In this document: positions 1 through 13,432 of the stretch, piece after piece
Layout of the letters: every line of letters starts with the position of its first letter
Numbering within the stretch: position 1 is the stretch's first letter
From: Octopus sinensis
Lineage: Eukaryota
Reading direction: 5' to 3'
DNA length: 64,000 nt
Assembly: GCF_006345805.1 (NCBI RefSeq)
Contig: NC_043011.1
Span: 56,184,464 to 56,248,463 of the forward strand
Notes under the pieces: generated by a model
What the model saw: only the letters and a program-made list of their open reading frames with translations
The model's database searches: none
What the model was told of the DNA's origin: nothing
Translations under genes and position numbers: made by a program

Positions 1-420
1 ATACATACAAACATACATACATACACACATACATACATACATACATACATACATACACACATACATACATACACACATACATACACACACACACATACAT
101 ACATACATACATACGTACATACATACACACATCATACATACATACATACACACACATACATACATACATACACACACACTCACACACACACACATACATA
201 CAAACACACACAGATACATACATACACACATACATATATACATACATACATACACACACGCATATACTTACATACATACACACACACATACATACATACT
301 TACATACATACACACACACAGATACTAACAGACATACACACACATACATACATACATACATACACACATACATACATACATACATACATACATACATACA
401 TACATACATACATACATACA

Positions 421-454
<34 letters not shown>

Positions 455-465
455 CATACATACAT
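1..465. repeat. (TACA)n/(CA)n compound microsatellite, contiguous with the 3' tail of the adjacent RTE LINE
   Basis: Direct tandem ATAC/AC repeats. Confidence 0.95.
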
Positions 466-1638
466 AACGATGGCCGTCTACTCGTGACCGAAGAACACCA
501 TTGCTGACCTTTAAGAACATTATACGATCTAGAACTAACTTATATTTTGCATTTGCAGCTCCGTTGCTGGCTAATGAGTCCTACTCTTGACAAGCAGACA
601 TGACTGCAAACTTTGCAGACCACGCTTTCCCCATTCACAACACACTAGCAGTGCGCTTTCGAGCAGCACGCTTCAGTTCTTCATGCAGAATACGTGCTCT
701 TTCAAAGGTGTCCACCCACTCCTTAACCTGCTTCCTATACCTGTGGTGATGACAGGCATTGCTCTCCCAGTTGGTCTCCTGCATATCACAGGCCTTTAAT
801 GAGGACTTGACACAGTCCTTAAATTGCAGCCTTTGTTTCTGTCGGGGTCTCTTTCCACTAACAAGTTCCCAATATAGCATCTGTTTAGGGATCCTGATAT
901 CCTTCATTCCAATAAGGTGTCCAGTCCAACGTAACCGGTGCTTGTGCCCCATCGCCTCAATACTCAAGATATCAGCTTTCCTCAGGACTTGTGTGCCTGG
1001 AGTTCTTATGGTCCAGCCAACGTTCAGACATCTGTCTCAGACATCGCTGATGAAAGCGTTCAAGAACTTTTACATGACGTTTGTAAAGGGTCCATGTCTC
1101 ACATGAGTAAAGGAACGATGTCAGTATACATACACGGTACACAGCAATTTTTATTTGACTTGTGATGCCTTGCGGGGACCAGACACAAAACTGAAGAGAC
1201 CGGAAGGAATCAGTTGCTCTCTGTAGCCTGAAAGATATTTCATCATCCAGGGAGCAAGAACGGCTGAGTGTGCTGCCCAAGTAGACAAACTTGTCTACCA
1301 CATCCAGTATTGTTCCTTCAACCAAGATAGCTGGTTCCACAGATAGATTTTTTCCTGTTGCAGGCTGGAAGACTACAACAGTCTTGTCCAGGCTAAAGCT
1401 GAGTCCAAATGCCCTGCAAGAAGCAGAAATACGATCCATAAGTATTTGCATGTCGTCCACTGTGTGAGTGACTGAGTCACAGTCATCTGCGTAAAGGAGG
1501 TCACGAATAAGAGACTGGAAAACTTTTGAATTGGCAGCAAATGGAAGCAGATTAAAGAGGCGACCAGAAGATCGATACCTGACATAAATTCCCAGAGAGC
1601 TAACTTTAGCAAAAGCATGAGTAAAAGCAGAAGCAGCA
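466..1638 (-). mobile_element. 5'-truncated RTE-clade (BovB-like) LINE: RT C-terminal part and 3' end
   Basis: ORFs 972..1658 and 635..967 carry GIYVRYRSSGRLFNL, LLYADD, FVYLGS, LYSCETW and LRWTGH..RIPKQML motifs, with a frameshift. Ends in a (TATG)n tail. Confidence 0.92.
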
Positions 1639-1902
1639 GTGGAGGCGCAATGGCCCAATGGTTAGGGCAGCGGACTCGCGTGCGTAGGATCGCGATTTCG
1701 TTGTGTGCATTTTTTGAGCGAAAACGCCTAAAGCTCCACGAGACTCCGGCAGGGGGTGGTGGCAACCCCTGTTGTACACTTTCGCTCCAACTTTCTCTCA
1801 TTCTTTCTTCCTATTTCTTGTCCACGACTTCCTTCGCAACCGATGAGCCAGGAATGCGCATTCATCCATCCGTCGATGCTCTCGGTGTCGGGAGTTGACC
1901 TG
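1639..1902 (+). mobile_element. tRNA-derived SINE, family C (probably the Octopus OR type), 3'-truncated
   Basis: Head GTGGAGGCGCAATGGCCCAATGGTTAGGGCAGCGGACTCGCG with A/B-box-like motifs. Near-identical to 21950-22314 and 61641-61997. Confidence 0.8.
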
Positions 1903-2060
1903 TAGCAATATCTGTAGCAATATGTGTAGCAATATCTGATGGCCTGGTCGGTCACGTTGATCACGGTGATATTTATTAGATTATCTTAATTCTACTTTAA
2001 AGAAATGAGCACGTTATGACTATTACATAAAACTATGTATATACATTTGTATGTACATGT

Positions 2061-2061
<1 letters not shown>

Positions 2062-2145
<84 letters not shown>

Positions 2146-2152
2146 CGTGCGT
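2062..2152. repeat. (TG)n microsatellite
   Basis: Direct observation. Confidence 0.95.
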
Positions 2153-3773
2153 GTCCAATTACAGATTGTCTGCTATTTAGAGACTGTGTTTATGATTTGG
2201 CATATCTTCGAGACACGTTGTAATGGTCGATATGATGAGCATCATAAATACATTGAAGAACATTTACAGTCCATGTCTCGTCTATGTCTATGGCATCGAT
2301 AATCTGTGGCAGAAGAACAATTAGCGTTCCGTTTGAAAATAATGCCATTTATTCGCTATTTCTACAGATCATTTAACCAATTTATCTCACCGAATCAGTT
2401 TTGATGGCTTTATATAATCTAATTGTCGCATCAAGTGCTGACAGCCATTCCATTCTACTGTTCCCTATCGACACAATTCTGTTGCTAGTTTACACTGCTT
2501 CGATAATATTAAACTTTCAGGTTAAATTAATTTTCTTGTAGATTTCACAATGTTTTTCTTGTGAAATATCTCATAAAAAGGAGTTCCGTTATGTCAGCTC
2601 TTCAAAAACTTTTGTTATTGCTAGAGGCTGCCATGTTAAATCGCACCGTAAACTCGCAAACGTATAAGTTCAGAGTTTATAGTTTTTAAGTGGGAACGTT
2701 CAGGTTTTGCCGTAACGTTTGGAACTAATTCTGTAATAGAATAGTTCAAAAGTTTGTTTTTACAATCAGAGGTCTTAGGTTCGATCGCACTACGCGGCAT
2801 ATTAGGCAAGCATGTTGCACCATAGCTTCAGATTGATGTAAAGACTATGTGAGCGAAATTGGGCAGACAGAAGCTCTTCAGAAGCCCTTCAGATGAACTG
2901 GAACTTTAAATTCAAAGGGACAACTTTGATGCAAACTGTGAGACACTGATTCTGTCGAGTAATGTATTTGAGGCTGTAGCATGGCCGAATGTTTAAAGAG
3001 TTCCTTTTGCAAACATCAATATGTATAGGTATGTTGCCTGTGGGTTTATGTTTATATGTTGTCAGTGTGTTTTCAATATGGCAGCTATTAAAGACGACCT
3101 TGTAATCAAACAGATGAGAATATCGAAACATTAAAATTAAACAATGGCGTTCTTTTCTTGGGCTTCTTAGCACCACACCATCCTCGACTGAATGCACCTC
3201 TGATCAAAAGCCTTCCAGCTGTGATTATCCTGCCTTTCAAACATAATGTATCAACTTTATTATGCAATATTCACCCCCACCCCACCCCCTTTTGTTGAGG
3301 CATTCAAGTTTGAGAGAGATTTGACTGCTATGTCTAGCAAACGAAATGGCGGTATGCAGAGTCCGTCGTTTGCTCGAGTTTGCAAACGACATCGTTGCTT
3401 TTAGCCCCAGGTCGGACATATCTTTATTTTTCATCTTTCACTTGTCTCGGTCATTGGACTGTGATCAAGCTGGAGCACCACCCTGAAGGGTTGGGTCGGA
3501 CAAATCACCCCCAATAATTATTGTTTTTTAAAGGCTCCTATTTATCGTTCTTTTTGACCGAACCGCTAAATTTCGGGGTTGTAAACAAACAAACAAATAC
3601 ACGCACGCACACACACACACACACATACACACAAGCATAAACATGTCCTACATATATATGTACATATGTGTGTGTGCGTATGTATGTATGTATTTATGTA
3701 TGTATGTATTTATGTATGTATGTATGTATGTATGTATGTATGTATGTATGTATGTATGTATGAGTGTTTGTGA

Positions 3774-4829
3774 TTTTCCAGTCTCTTATTCGTGACCTCC
3801 TTTACGCAGATGACTGTGACTCAGTCACTTACACAGTGGACGACATGCAAATACTTATGGATCGTGTTTCTGCTTCTTGCAAGGCATTTGGACTCAGCTT
3901 TAGCCTGGACAAAACTGTTGTAATGTTCCAGCCTGCACCAGGAACAAATCTATCTGTGGAACCAGCTATCATGGTTGAAGGAACAATACTGGATGTGGTA
4001 GACAAGTTTGTCTACTTGGGCAGCACACTCAGCCGTTCTTGCTCCCTGCATGATGAAATATCTTTCAGGCTGCAGAGAGCAACTGATTCCTTCCGGTCTC
4101 ATCAGTCTCGTCACTGGTCCCAGCATGGCATCACAAGTCAAATAAAAATTGCTGTGTACCGTGCATGTGTACTGACATCGCTCCTTTACTCATGTGAAAC
4201 ATGGACCCTTTACAAACGTCATGTAAAAGTTCTTGAACGCTTTCATCAGAGATGTCTGAGACAGATTCTGAATGTTGGCTGGACCTTAAGAACTCCAGAC
4301 ACACAAGTCCTGAGGAAAGGTGATATCTTGAGTATTGAGGCGATGGTGCACAAGCACCGGTTACGTTGGACTGGATACCTTATTGGAATGAAGGATGTCA
4401 GGATCCCTAAACAGATGCTATATGGGGAACTTATTAGTGGAAAGAGACCCCGACAGAAACAAAGGCTGCAATTTAAGGACTGTGTCAAGTCCTCATTAAA
4501 GGCCTGTGATATGCAGGAGACCGACTGGGAGAGCAATGCCTGTCATCGCCACAGATAAAGGAAGCAGGTTAAGGAGTGGGTGGACACCTTTGAAAGAGCA
4601 CGTATTCTGCATGAAGAACTTAAGCGTGCTGCTCGAAAGCGCACTGCTAGTGTGTTGTGAATGGGGAAAGCTTGGTTTGCAATGTTTGCAATCGTGTCTG
4701 CTTGTCAAGAGTAGGACTCGTTAACCACCAACGGAGCTGCAAATGCAAAATATAAGTTAGTTCTAGAGCGTACAATGTTCTTAAAGGTCAGCAATGGTCT
4801 TCTTCGGTTACGAGTGGACGGCCATCGTT
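3774..4829 (+). mobile_element. 5'-truncated RTE-clade LINE, inverted sister copy of 466-1638
   Basis: ORF 3764..4558 carries LLYADD, FVYLGS, LLYSCETW, LRWTG and RIPKQMLYGEL. Nucleotide sequence is the reverse complement of 466-1522. Followed by a (TATG) tail. Confidence 0.93.
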
Positions 4830-5459
4830 ATGTATGTATGTATATTGGTGGGGGTGTCCGGAAAGCTTTCACCTATCAAGTTAACACTCAGGACATTGGT
4901 GTAGCTGAGGTTACTATGTTAAAAGACGGGGGTTGCGAAGTGAATTTATTAACCTCACACCCGTTACTGCATCTATTTTTAATAATACATATTATATTAA
5001 TCGTTATGATAATTTTTGCCAAAGCTGTCTGTAACACAACTTCCAATTTGCAATTCTCCATCTCTCTCTCTCTCTATCTCTCTCTCTTTGTCTCGCTATA
5101 TCCTTCTGTATGCATGTATGAATGTACGTATGTATATATGTACGTACGTACATACAAATATTTGTATTATGTATGTATGTATGTATGACTATATATATGT
5201 ATGTATGTATATGTATGTATGTAATCAGTCACGCATATATATCTCTCAGCACGATCTTCGAACACATTAAGTTGCTACTTTCGAAAATAATAATTTTCTT
5301 CTTTGAAAAAGAAGTAAGTTTACTGTTTATTACAAAACGGAAAGAAAATTATGAATCTCCGTTCTTTAAATTTCTCTGAAGAAAATTTATGAATAAATAT
5401 TTGTTTTTCTCTATTTTATTTCAATAAGTTACTTTCTTAATAATAAGAAATGCTATTCA

Positions 5460-5935
5460 TCTATCTATCTATTTATATATCTGTCTGTCTGTCTATCTAT
5501 TTATCTAACTATCTATCAATATACCTACCTACCTACCTACCTACCTACCTACCTACCTACCTACCTACCTACCTACCTAACTACCTACCTACCTACCTAC
5601 CTATCTACCTACCTACCTACTAACCTACCTACCTACCTTCCTACCTACCTACCTACCTACCTACCTACCTACCTATCTATCTACCTACCTACCTACCTAC
5701 CTACCTATCTATCTACCTACTTACCTATCTACCTACCTACTTACCTATCTACCTACCTACCTACCTACCTATCTATCTACCTACCTACCTACCTATCTAC
5801 CTACCTACCTACCTATCTATCTACCTACCTACATACCTACCTACCTAACTACCTACCTATCTACCTACCTACCTACCTACCTACCTACCTACCTACCAAC
5901 CTACCTACCTACCTATCTATCTACTTATCTACTTA
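5460..5935. repeat. (CCTA)n/(CTAT)n microsatellite
   Basis: Direct observation. Confidence 0.95.
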
Positions 5936-6243
5936 ACTGTCTCTCTACCAATGTCTTACCGTGATCTGTCACCAAATACACAAGAAACCCAGACGAATCA
6001 TGTTTCCTCTTTTCAATCATTTCAGAAAATAATTGGATGATTGTTTTCTTACGGCCATTTTAAAATTCATTTTATTTTTGAACTGTTTGTCATGAATGAA
6101 ATTTCTCTAAATCAAGCAAGTAACGCACTGACATCGTTCTATCACTATTTTTACCTGACGTCTTTCCTTTCTTTTACTCAATTCTTTGTCGAATATATAC
6201 CTATATATATATATATATACATAGATGAATAAATAAATAAATA

Positions 6244-6760
6244 AATGGAGTTGAACGACCATGGAAGATGGAAAAATCCCCAAGGATATACTCTACGGAG
6301 AGCTTGCTAGGGGCAAGTGTATGTGTTTTGGTGTTGGCAACATGAATGACATTGGTCAGAGGCTACTTGAATTTTGCACATACCATAACCCGTGCATCTA
6401 TAGCAGAGCTCGCCAAGGCTATTGGCTCCCTAGCAGGTAACAAGGTAATTGTTACAATCACCACGGTCACCTTTGTTTTTGTAAAGCGTAATGATGTTAG
6501 CATCCCGCATATCCTGAGGGACAGTACCCTCTTCCCAGCACTGACACAGAAGCTCATGAAGGTGCCGAAGCAGGATGGTGTTTTTGCCGGTTTTGATGAT
6601 CTCTAAGGGGATACCGTCTTTTCCCGGAGCCTTGTTACCTGCTAGGGAGTCAATAGCCTTGGCGCGCTCTGCTATAGATGCACGGGTTATGGTATGTGCA
6701 AAATTCAAGTAGCCTCTGACCAATGTCATTCATGTTGCCAATACCAAGACACATACACTT
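6244..6760. mobile_element. Scrambled, fold-back RTE LINE fragments
   Basis: Minus strand reads KAPGKDGIPLE..CWEEGTVPQDMRDANIITLYKNKGDRGDCNNY. Plus strand reads MEDGKIPKDILYGEL. Inverted arms at 6315-6445 and 6630-6760. Confidence 0.85.
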
Positions 6761-6837
6761 ACATATATACATACATATATTATATGATTGATTTGTTTCA
6801 GTTCCTGTCTACGAAATCTACATATATATATATATAT

Positions 6838-6888
<51 letters not shown>

Positions 6889-6939
6889 GATAAATTGATA
6901 GATACAACTGAGTGCGCAAACAAAAATATGAGACACTGC

Positions 6940-7285
6940 CTAGTGCTTTTTTATATTTTGATAAGCCTGGTACTTATTCTATCAGTTTCTTCTTGTGAAA
7001 CCAGTAAGTTATGGGATGTAAATAAACGAACACCAGTTGTGAAGCAGTGATGAGGGAGAAACACAAAGACACACACATAGACTTACATATATACATACAT
7101 ATACATACAATTGATTTCTTTCAGTTTCTGTCTACAATATCCACTGACAAGGCTTTGGTTGGTCTGAGGCTTTAACAGAAGACACGTGCCAAGTTACCAC
7201 ACAGTGGGACTGAACTGAGGATCATGTGTTTTGGAACCAAGTGGCTGCGAAGTGAATTTTTTAACCATACAACCATGCCTGCACC
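6940..7285 (-). mobile_element. SINE family B (tRNA-like head, internal CA/TA microsatellite), diverged
   Basis: Similar to the fuller copies at 12894-13313 and 43373-43780. Confidence 0.7.
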
Positions 7286-7418
7286 TCCACACAACCATAC
7301 TATTATTTCTTTCTAGTTCCACACACACTCACACACACACAAGCTCAATTTTGGGGGAGGAAGTGGAGGTGCCCATCTAATTCTTGTGAACTTCAGTAAA
7401 TAAAGGGAAGTAGTTTCT

Positions 7419-7638
7419 TATTTCTTTACTGCCCACAAGGGGCTAAATGCAGAGGGGACAAAAAAGGACAGACAAACGGATTAAGTCGATTACATCGACC
7501 CCAGAGTGCAACTGGTGCTTAATTTATCGACCCCGAAAAAATGAAAGGCAAAATCGACCTCGGCGAAATTTGAACTCAGAACGTAGCGGCAGACGAAATA
7601 CCGATTAACATTTCGACCGACGTGCTAACATTTCTGGC
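7419..7638 (-). mobile_element. SINE family A (Deu/Nin-type core)
   Basis: Reverse complement of the GCCTTTCATCCTTTCGGGGTCGATAAATTAAGTACCAG core and CCCCTTGTGGG..AAAGAAATA tail. Confidence 0.8.
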
Positions 7639-8217
7639 AACCGGAGAGTGTGTACAGTCCAGCTGTACTACTACAGGTCTACCCCAGATGCAGTGTTGGT
7701 TGGCCAGAATCTTATTTCTCAACTCACCGCACTCTCTCTCCCTCCCTCCATCGTCTCTCCCCTCCTTTTATCATTTTATATTCACATAAAACTTTATTGA
7801 TTTCTGACTTAAACACAAAGCTACTTACTTCAGAATATGAGAAACAGAGAGAGCGTGTGCGCGCGGTGGAGCGTTATGACGTTGTTTTCTGGATAATATA
7901 GTAATGGGTTAATTCCCCTTGTTGGAGCAAGATGAATGCCGAACATTTGTGCTTATTCCTCACGACACAGCTGGATAAATTGAATCCGAAAACATTGCCT
8001 GCAAGTAATTCCAAAACAAAACGAATAAAATGTAACTGGCTTTTACTATTTTAATGTAAATCTGTTTAGTACAGTGTTTGGAAAACACGTCACATCACAC
8101 AAAAGCGGGCGTGCTAAGAAAAATAATCTCACCTTCTCTAACGCAGACAACTTATTTTCTAAAACTTTTCAACATTACATGATGGCCGCCAGGAACACGC
8201 ATATGCGCCCCCACCCC

Positions 8218-8255
<38 letters not shown>

Positions 8256-8847
8256 CTCTCTCTCTCTCTCTCTTTCTTTCTCTCTCTCTCGCTCTCTCTC
8301 TCTCTATTTATATCTATATATTTATTTTTTTAGTTATATTTTGCGAGACACTCTTTACATACGAACAAAAGAAGAAAATTATATTAATTTAAAATAAAGT
8401 AAGAAACAAAAATGTCTATTCATTATGAACGAGTTAATTAATTATTTGATTTTATTGTACGAATAGGCACTGAGGCCATTATTGTTTTCTAGAGGAAAGA
8501 GTAAAACTGGTTGACCTAAAAGACTGTGAGTACCATTAAACAGAGAGTTTGGTACGCAACTGTTTCTGGCAGACCGCCATCGTTTCGGAATTAATATATT
8601 GTTTTCCCTAAAAGCTAAAACTTGCGAATTTAAGTGACAGAAATGGTTAATTATTGTAGATACGACAAATTGCCAATTAATTTCATCTGACTCCATTCTC
8701 AGACGGTGATTTGGTGGAAATGTTAGAGTGTTAGGATACGGACAAGATTTATTCCGATTCTCTGAGTTCGAATGCCTCCGAGGTCAACCTCATCTTTCAT
8801 CCTTCGGGTGGTGGTGATGGTTGTGGTGGTGGGGTGGCGGTTAAGGA

Positions 8848-9040
8848 GGCGTAACTTCGGTATAAGTACCGGATACATTTCAAGAAAGTGTTTATTTTTT
8901 ATATATATGGAGGTTTAGGGTTAGGGTTTGTGTTAGGGTTACGGTTACGGTTAGGGGTGGGAGAAAAGGATTTCTGTTATCTTCAGAAATGTAAACAAAG
9001 CCACTTCCGGTACTTACGGTACTTATACCGAAGGATCGCC
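8848..9040. mobile_element. MITE with 8-bp TSD and internal TTAGGG-like repeats
   Basis: TIRs GGCG..CTTCGGTATAAGTACCG / CGGTACTTATACCGAAG..CGCC. TSD GTTAAGGA at 8840-8847 and 9041-9048. Confidence 0.85.
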
Positions 9041-9394
9041 GTTAAGGATAATATAACACTCGTCCAAGGAAGTGGATTCGCAAAACTGTAAGAGAATGGA
9101 TCAAAATGCTTTGCGGTATGTGATCTGATTCTGTGCATTCTGAGTTCAAATCGCATCTCCTGTCTCCAGGGGAAGTGGGGACGGAGGCGAGAGATCTGTC
9201 ACGAGTTCCGACCGACAAATAACATCATCAATGGAAAATATCAATACGAAGATGATTTTCTTGGTTCTGTCAGAGTTTCGTCTGTCATCCATTATCTACA
9301 TTCTGAGCTCAATCCTGATTGACGTTGAATATGCATTTCATCCCCCCCGGGGTCTGTAATATAAATAGTAGGTATATACAAAGAAGTTCGATCT

Positions 9395-9725
9395 GCAACT
9401 ACGTGGATTCGATCTCAGTTCCGCTGCACGGCATCTTGGGCAAATGTCTTCTATTATAGCCCTGGCCCAACCAATGCCTTGTGAGTGAAGTTGGTTGATG
9501 AAAACTGTGTGGAAGCCCGTCATATGTGTGTGTGCGTATGTGCGTGCATGCGTGTCTTATGCTTGTCTCCTCTACACCGCTTGACAACCGGTGTTGGTTT
9601 GTTTACGTCTCCACGAATCCACGGTTCGGCAAAAAGAGACTGATAGAATAAGTACCCGACTTGAAAAATATATGAACAGGGGTTGGTTCGTTCGACTAAA
9701 CCCTTCAGTGACTGAAACAAGTGAA

Positions 9726-9726
<1 letters not shown>
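9395..9726 (+). mobile_element. SINE family B
   Basis: CTTGGGCAAATGTCTTCTATTATAGCC core and GGTTCGGCAAAAAGAGACTGATAGAATAAGTAC tail. Confidence 0.75.
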
Positions 9727-9768
<42 letters not shown>

Positions 9769-9801
9769 TATAGACAGACAGACAGATAGATATAGAGAGA
9801 C

Positions 9802-9884
<83 letters not shown>

Positions 9885-9924
9885 CAGATAGATAGATACA
9901 TACATACATACATACATACATACA

Positions 9925-9956
<32 letters not shown>

Positions 9957-10077
9957 GAGAGACAGATAGATAGATACATAGATATAGAGAGACAGATAGA
10001 TAGATATAGAGAGACAGACAGATAGATAGATACAGATATAGAGAGACAGACAGATAGATACATAGATATAGAGAAAC

Positions 10078-10136
<59 letters not shown>

Positions 10137-10142
10137 CAGATA
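9727..10142. repeat. (GACA)n/(GATA)n/(TACA)n compound microsatellite
   Basis: Direct observation. Confidence 0.95.
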
Positions 10143-10554
10143 TCGCATGATCACGTGACAGACCAGACTATTAGATGTTGCACATCGCTGACCACAACGC
10201 GCTTTACAACCTTTTAGCCATCGAATGACGCACCCCGCTGGCAGGCAAGGAAGGCAACACCCCCCCCGATCGACAGGGGTGGGGAGTAGAGGATGGGAAG
10301 ACTACAGATCACATGGGAATTAATTTTTTTTTCTTTGGATAACCTCCTGAAGATTAATCAACGGACGAACAGACACTGGGAAAACATGAAAATACGAAAC
10401 CGATCAAAAAGTGTGGAAGGGACCTTTGCAATGGCCAAAGCAAACTCGAGTCGTTCCAATCAAGCCTTCTTCTCTATTATCCACGGATGACTTTCTATCA
10501 AGAAGAGAAATAATAATTCAAGCATTATCTCTTGTTCAAAGAATACATTTGCGT

Positions 10555-11170
10555 GTATCCTTTTATCTTTTACTCCTTGTTTCAGTTATTGGACGGCAGC
10601 CATGCTGGGACACTGCCTTGAAGGATTTTGGTAGAACTAATGGCCCCACCCCTCACCACAGTACTTATCTTTTAAAGTCTGAGACTTATTCTATCGATGT
10701 TTTCTTTTACAGAGCTGCGAAATTGCGAGGACGTAAAAAAACCACCACCGGTTATCAAGTAAGATGGTGAGCTGGCAGAAACGTTAGCACGCCGAGCGAA
10801 ATGCTGAGCGGTATTTCGTCTCTCATCCTTTCGGGGTCGATTAAATAAGTACCAGTTACGCACTGGGGTCGATATAATCGGCTTAATCCGTGTGTGTGTC
10901 CTTGTTTGTCCCCTCTGTGTTTAGCCCCTTGTGGGTAGTAAAGAAATAGGTTATCAAGCGGGCCTGAGGGACAAATATACACACACGCAAACACACACAC
11001 TGGACTTCCGCATAACTTCCGTCTACCAAATTCACTTACAAAGCATTGATCAGCCCAGAGCAATCGTAGAAGACACTTGCCCAAGATGCCGCGCAGTAGG
11101 ACTGATCCCGAAACCTCGTGGTTACAAAGGGAGCTTCTTAACCACACGCCCAATTGAATATAAACGCAGA
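10555..11170 (-). mobile_element. SINE family B interrupted by a + strand family A SINE (~10764-10948)
   Basis: Family B halves flank the family A copy. Duplicated GGTTATCAAG on both sides of the insert. Confidence 0.75.
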
Positions 11171-11647
11171 CATAGTTAAAGAAGCTCTATAACAGCTACA
11201 AGCGAACATCATCATCTGCGTTTTAGTAGTTCGTGCCGGAGATTCTATTAACCGGCACGATTCGCCAATCTGGAATGTTCGCTTTTAAAATCAATGTCAC
11301 GTTTATGTTTTGCTTGAGATTCCACAAAACTCAAATCGACAGCCGTAATTACTTGAAATGGTCTTCGACTGCTTTTAAACAGCGACTCGCCAATATTCTA
11401 ATTGGCGTATTCTTCAGACATGGGTTGATCTGGCTAATAACAGTAGTGATCCGGCGAAGACTGGGCAGTCTTTGCTCGACCTAAAGTTGACTAAACATAG
11501 TTAATTGATTGAATTGTGTCCACTTGTTGACAGTGAAGACCGAATCCACTTCAGTTGTGTTCGCTCGAGATTGTTCAGAAAATTTCGATAAACTCGTCTT
11601 ATTAGAGTTATCTCATTTGCTTGTTGCTTTTAGATTTTAAACAACAG

Positions 11648-12060
11648 TGGGGAGAGAAGGAGGGAGAGAGAGAGAAAGACAGAGAGAGAAAGACAGAGGG
11701 AGAAAGAGAGAGAGAGGGGGGAGAGCGCGCGACAAAGGAAGAGAGAGAAAGACAGAGGGAGAAAGAGAGAGAGAGGGAGAGAACGCGACAGGGGAAGGGA
11801 GAGAGCGTGCGCGACAAGGGAAGGGAGAGAAAGACAGAGGGAGAAAGAGAGAGAGAGAGAGGGAGAGAAAGCGACAGGGGAAGGGAGAGAGCGCGCGCGA
11901 CAGAGGAAGAGAGAGAAAGACAGAGGGAGAAAGAGAGAGAGAGGGAGAGAGCGCGACAGGGGAAGGGAGAGAGCGCGCGACAGGGGAAGGGAGAGAAAGA
12001 CAGAGGGAGAAAGAGAGAGAGAGAGGAGAGAGAGCGACAGGGGAAGGGAGAGAGAGAGAT
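11648..12060. repeat. GA-rich minisatellite (GACAGGGGAAGGGAGAGAGCGC and GACAGAGGGAGAAAGAGAGAG units)
   Basis: Alternating ~20-30 bp purine units. The overlapping ER-rich ORFs are artefacts. Confidence 0.9.
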
Positions 12061-12893
12061 TCTATATAAACACACCAGAAACACAAACACACATACACAC
12101 TCACATACGCACACATGCACACACACACATGATTGGATTTGGTCAACAGAAATTGAAAAGGCTCGACGTGTGTGTGTGTGTGTTCTATTTACAATTATTT
12201 AAATTCTTCCTCTAAGGCTGGAGTTGCTTTCTAACAAAGAAACAAAGTTCAATCGTTGGAAGAATGTAAATAACAAAAACGATTTCACATTTTAAACTTT
12301 TAAAATGTCTTGCATATTTTTACTGTTCCGCTTACAGATTGTGTATGTAATGGGCAAATTAGTTGATTGGTTTCTTTTCTTGCAAAGCCCGCCTCATCCA
12401 GACTGTCGCTGCAGCCATTTACTCACAAAACCAAGTGCCCCGATTATTACTGGTATAAATGTAAATTTGTAATCTGGATATAAAGAAGCTGGAGGTTCCA
12501 ATGCAGTTCTCCATAATTATCCTGTTTCTCTTTGATTTTCAAAGAGATATTCAAATCAGCAGGACGGCTTCAGGAAAGGTGGAGAGGGTGAAAGACAGAA
12601 TTGTGACAGATGGGGTAGAGTGCAAATTGGCAGGAGTAGGGGGTGACACAGGGATGGATAAGAAAAGAAGAGGGGACACCAGGAAGTGGGGAGAGGGACA
12701 AATGGCGGAAAGGAGAAAGAGAGTAAAATAGGGAAGAAAATCTCACATGCACACACACTAACACATGCACACACTCGCACAACGCGCCCCACATATATTC
12801 ACACACACACACATACACACATTTATATCAAACGCGCTGAACTATCGAAGAGTTTAGTAGAAGGAATCTGAAATTGCAACGGAACAGACATAC

Positions 12894-13313
12894 TCTTTTT
12901 ACTCTTTTACTCTTTTGCTTGTTTCAGTCATTTGACTGCGGCCATGCTGGAGCACCGCCTTTAATCGAGCAAATCGACCCCGGGACTTATTCTTTGTAAG
13001 CCCAGTACTTATTCTATCGGTCTCTTTTGCCGAACCGCTAAGTTACGGGGACGTAAATATACCAGCCAGCATCGGTTGTCAAGCAATGTTAGGGGGACAA
13101 ACACAGACACACAAACATATACACACACATATATATATATACATATATACGACAGGCTTCTTTCAGTTTCCGTCTACCAAATCCACTCACAAGGCATTGG
13201 CCGGCCCGGGGCTATAGCAGAAGACACTTGCCCAAGATGCCACGCAGTGGGACTGAACCCGGAACCATGTGGTTGGTTAGCAAGCCACTTACCACACAGC
13301 CACTCCTGCGCCT
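12894..13313 (-). mobile_element. SINE family B, full length
   Basis: Head GGCGCAGGAGTGGCTGTGTGGTAAG..GGTTCAGTCCC, internal TA/TG repeat and (GTAAAAGA)n tail. Confidence 0.85.
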
Positions 13314-13315
13314 AT

Positions 13316-13432
13316 CACTTTGGTCATATCACTTTGAAAACACCGGTTCTCGTCCGATCACCGAAGTTAAGCAAAGTCGAGCCTAGTTAGTACTTAGATG
13401 GGCGACCGCTTGGGAAACCCAGGTGCTGTAAA
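13316..13432 (+). pseudogene. 5S rRNA copy, probably a pseudogene
   Basis: CATATCACTTTGAAAACACCGGTTCTCGTCCGATCACCGAAGTTAAGC...GTTAGTACTTAGATGGGCGACCGCTTGGGAA..GGTGCTGTA matches metazoan 5S. Isolated copy with substitutions, no oligo-T terminator, flanked by SINEs. Confidence 0.88.

Noticed and set aside
11608-12202. Long ER/SL-rich ORFs
   Set aside because: Translations of a GA-rich minisatellite, open in several frames on both strands.
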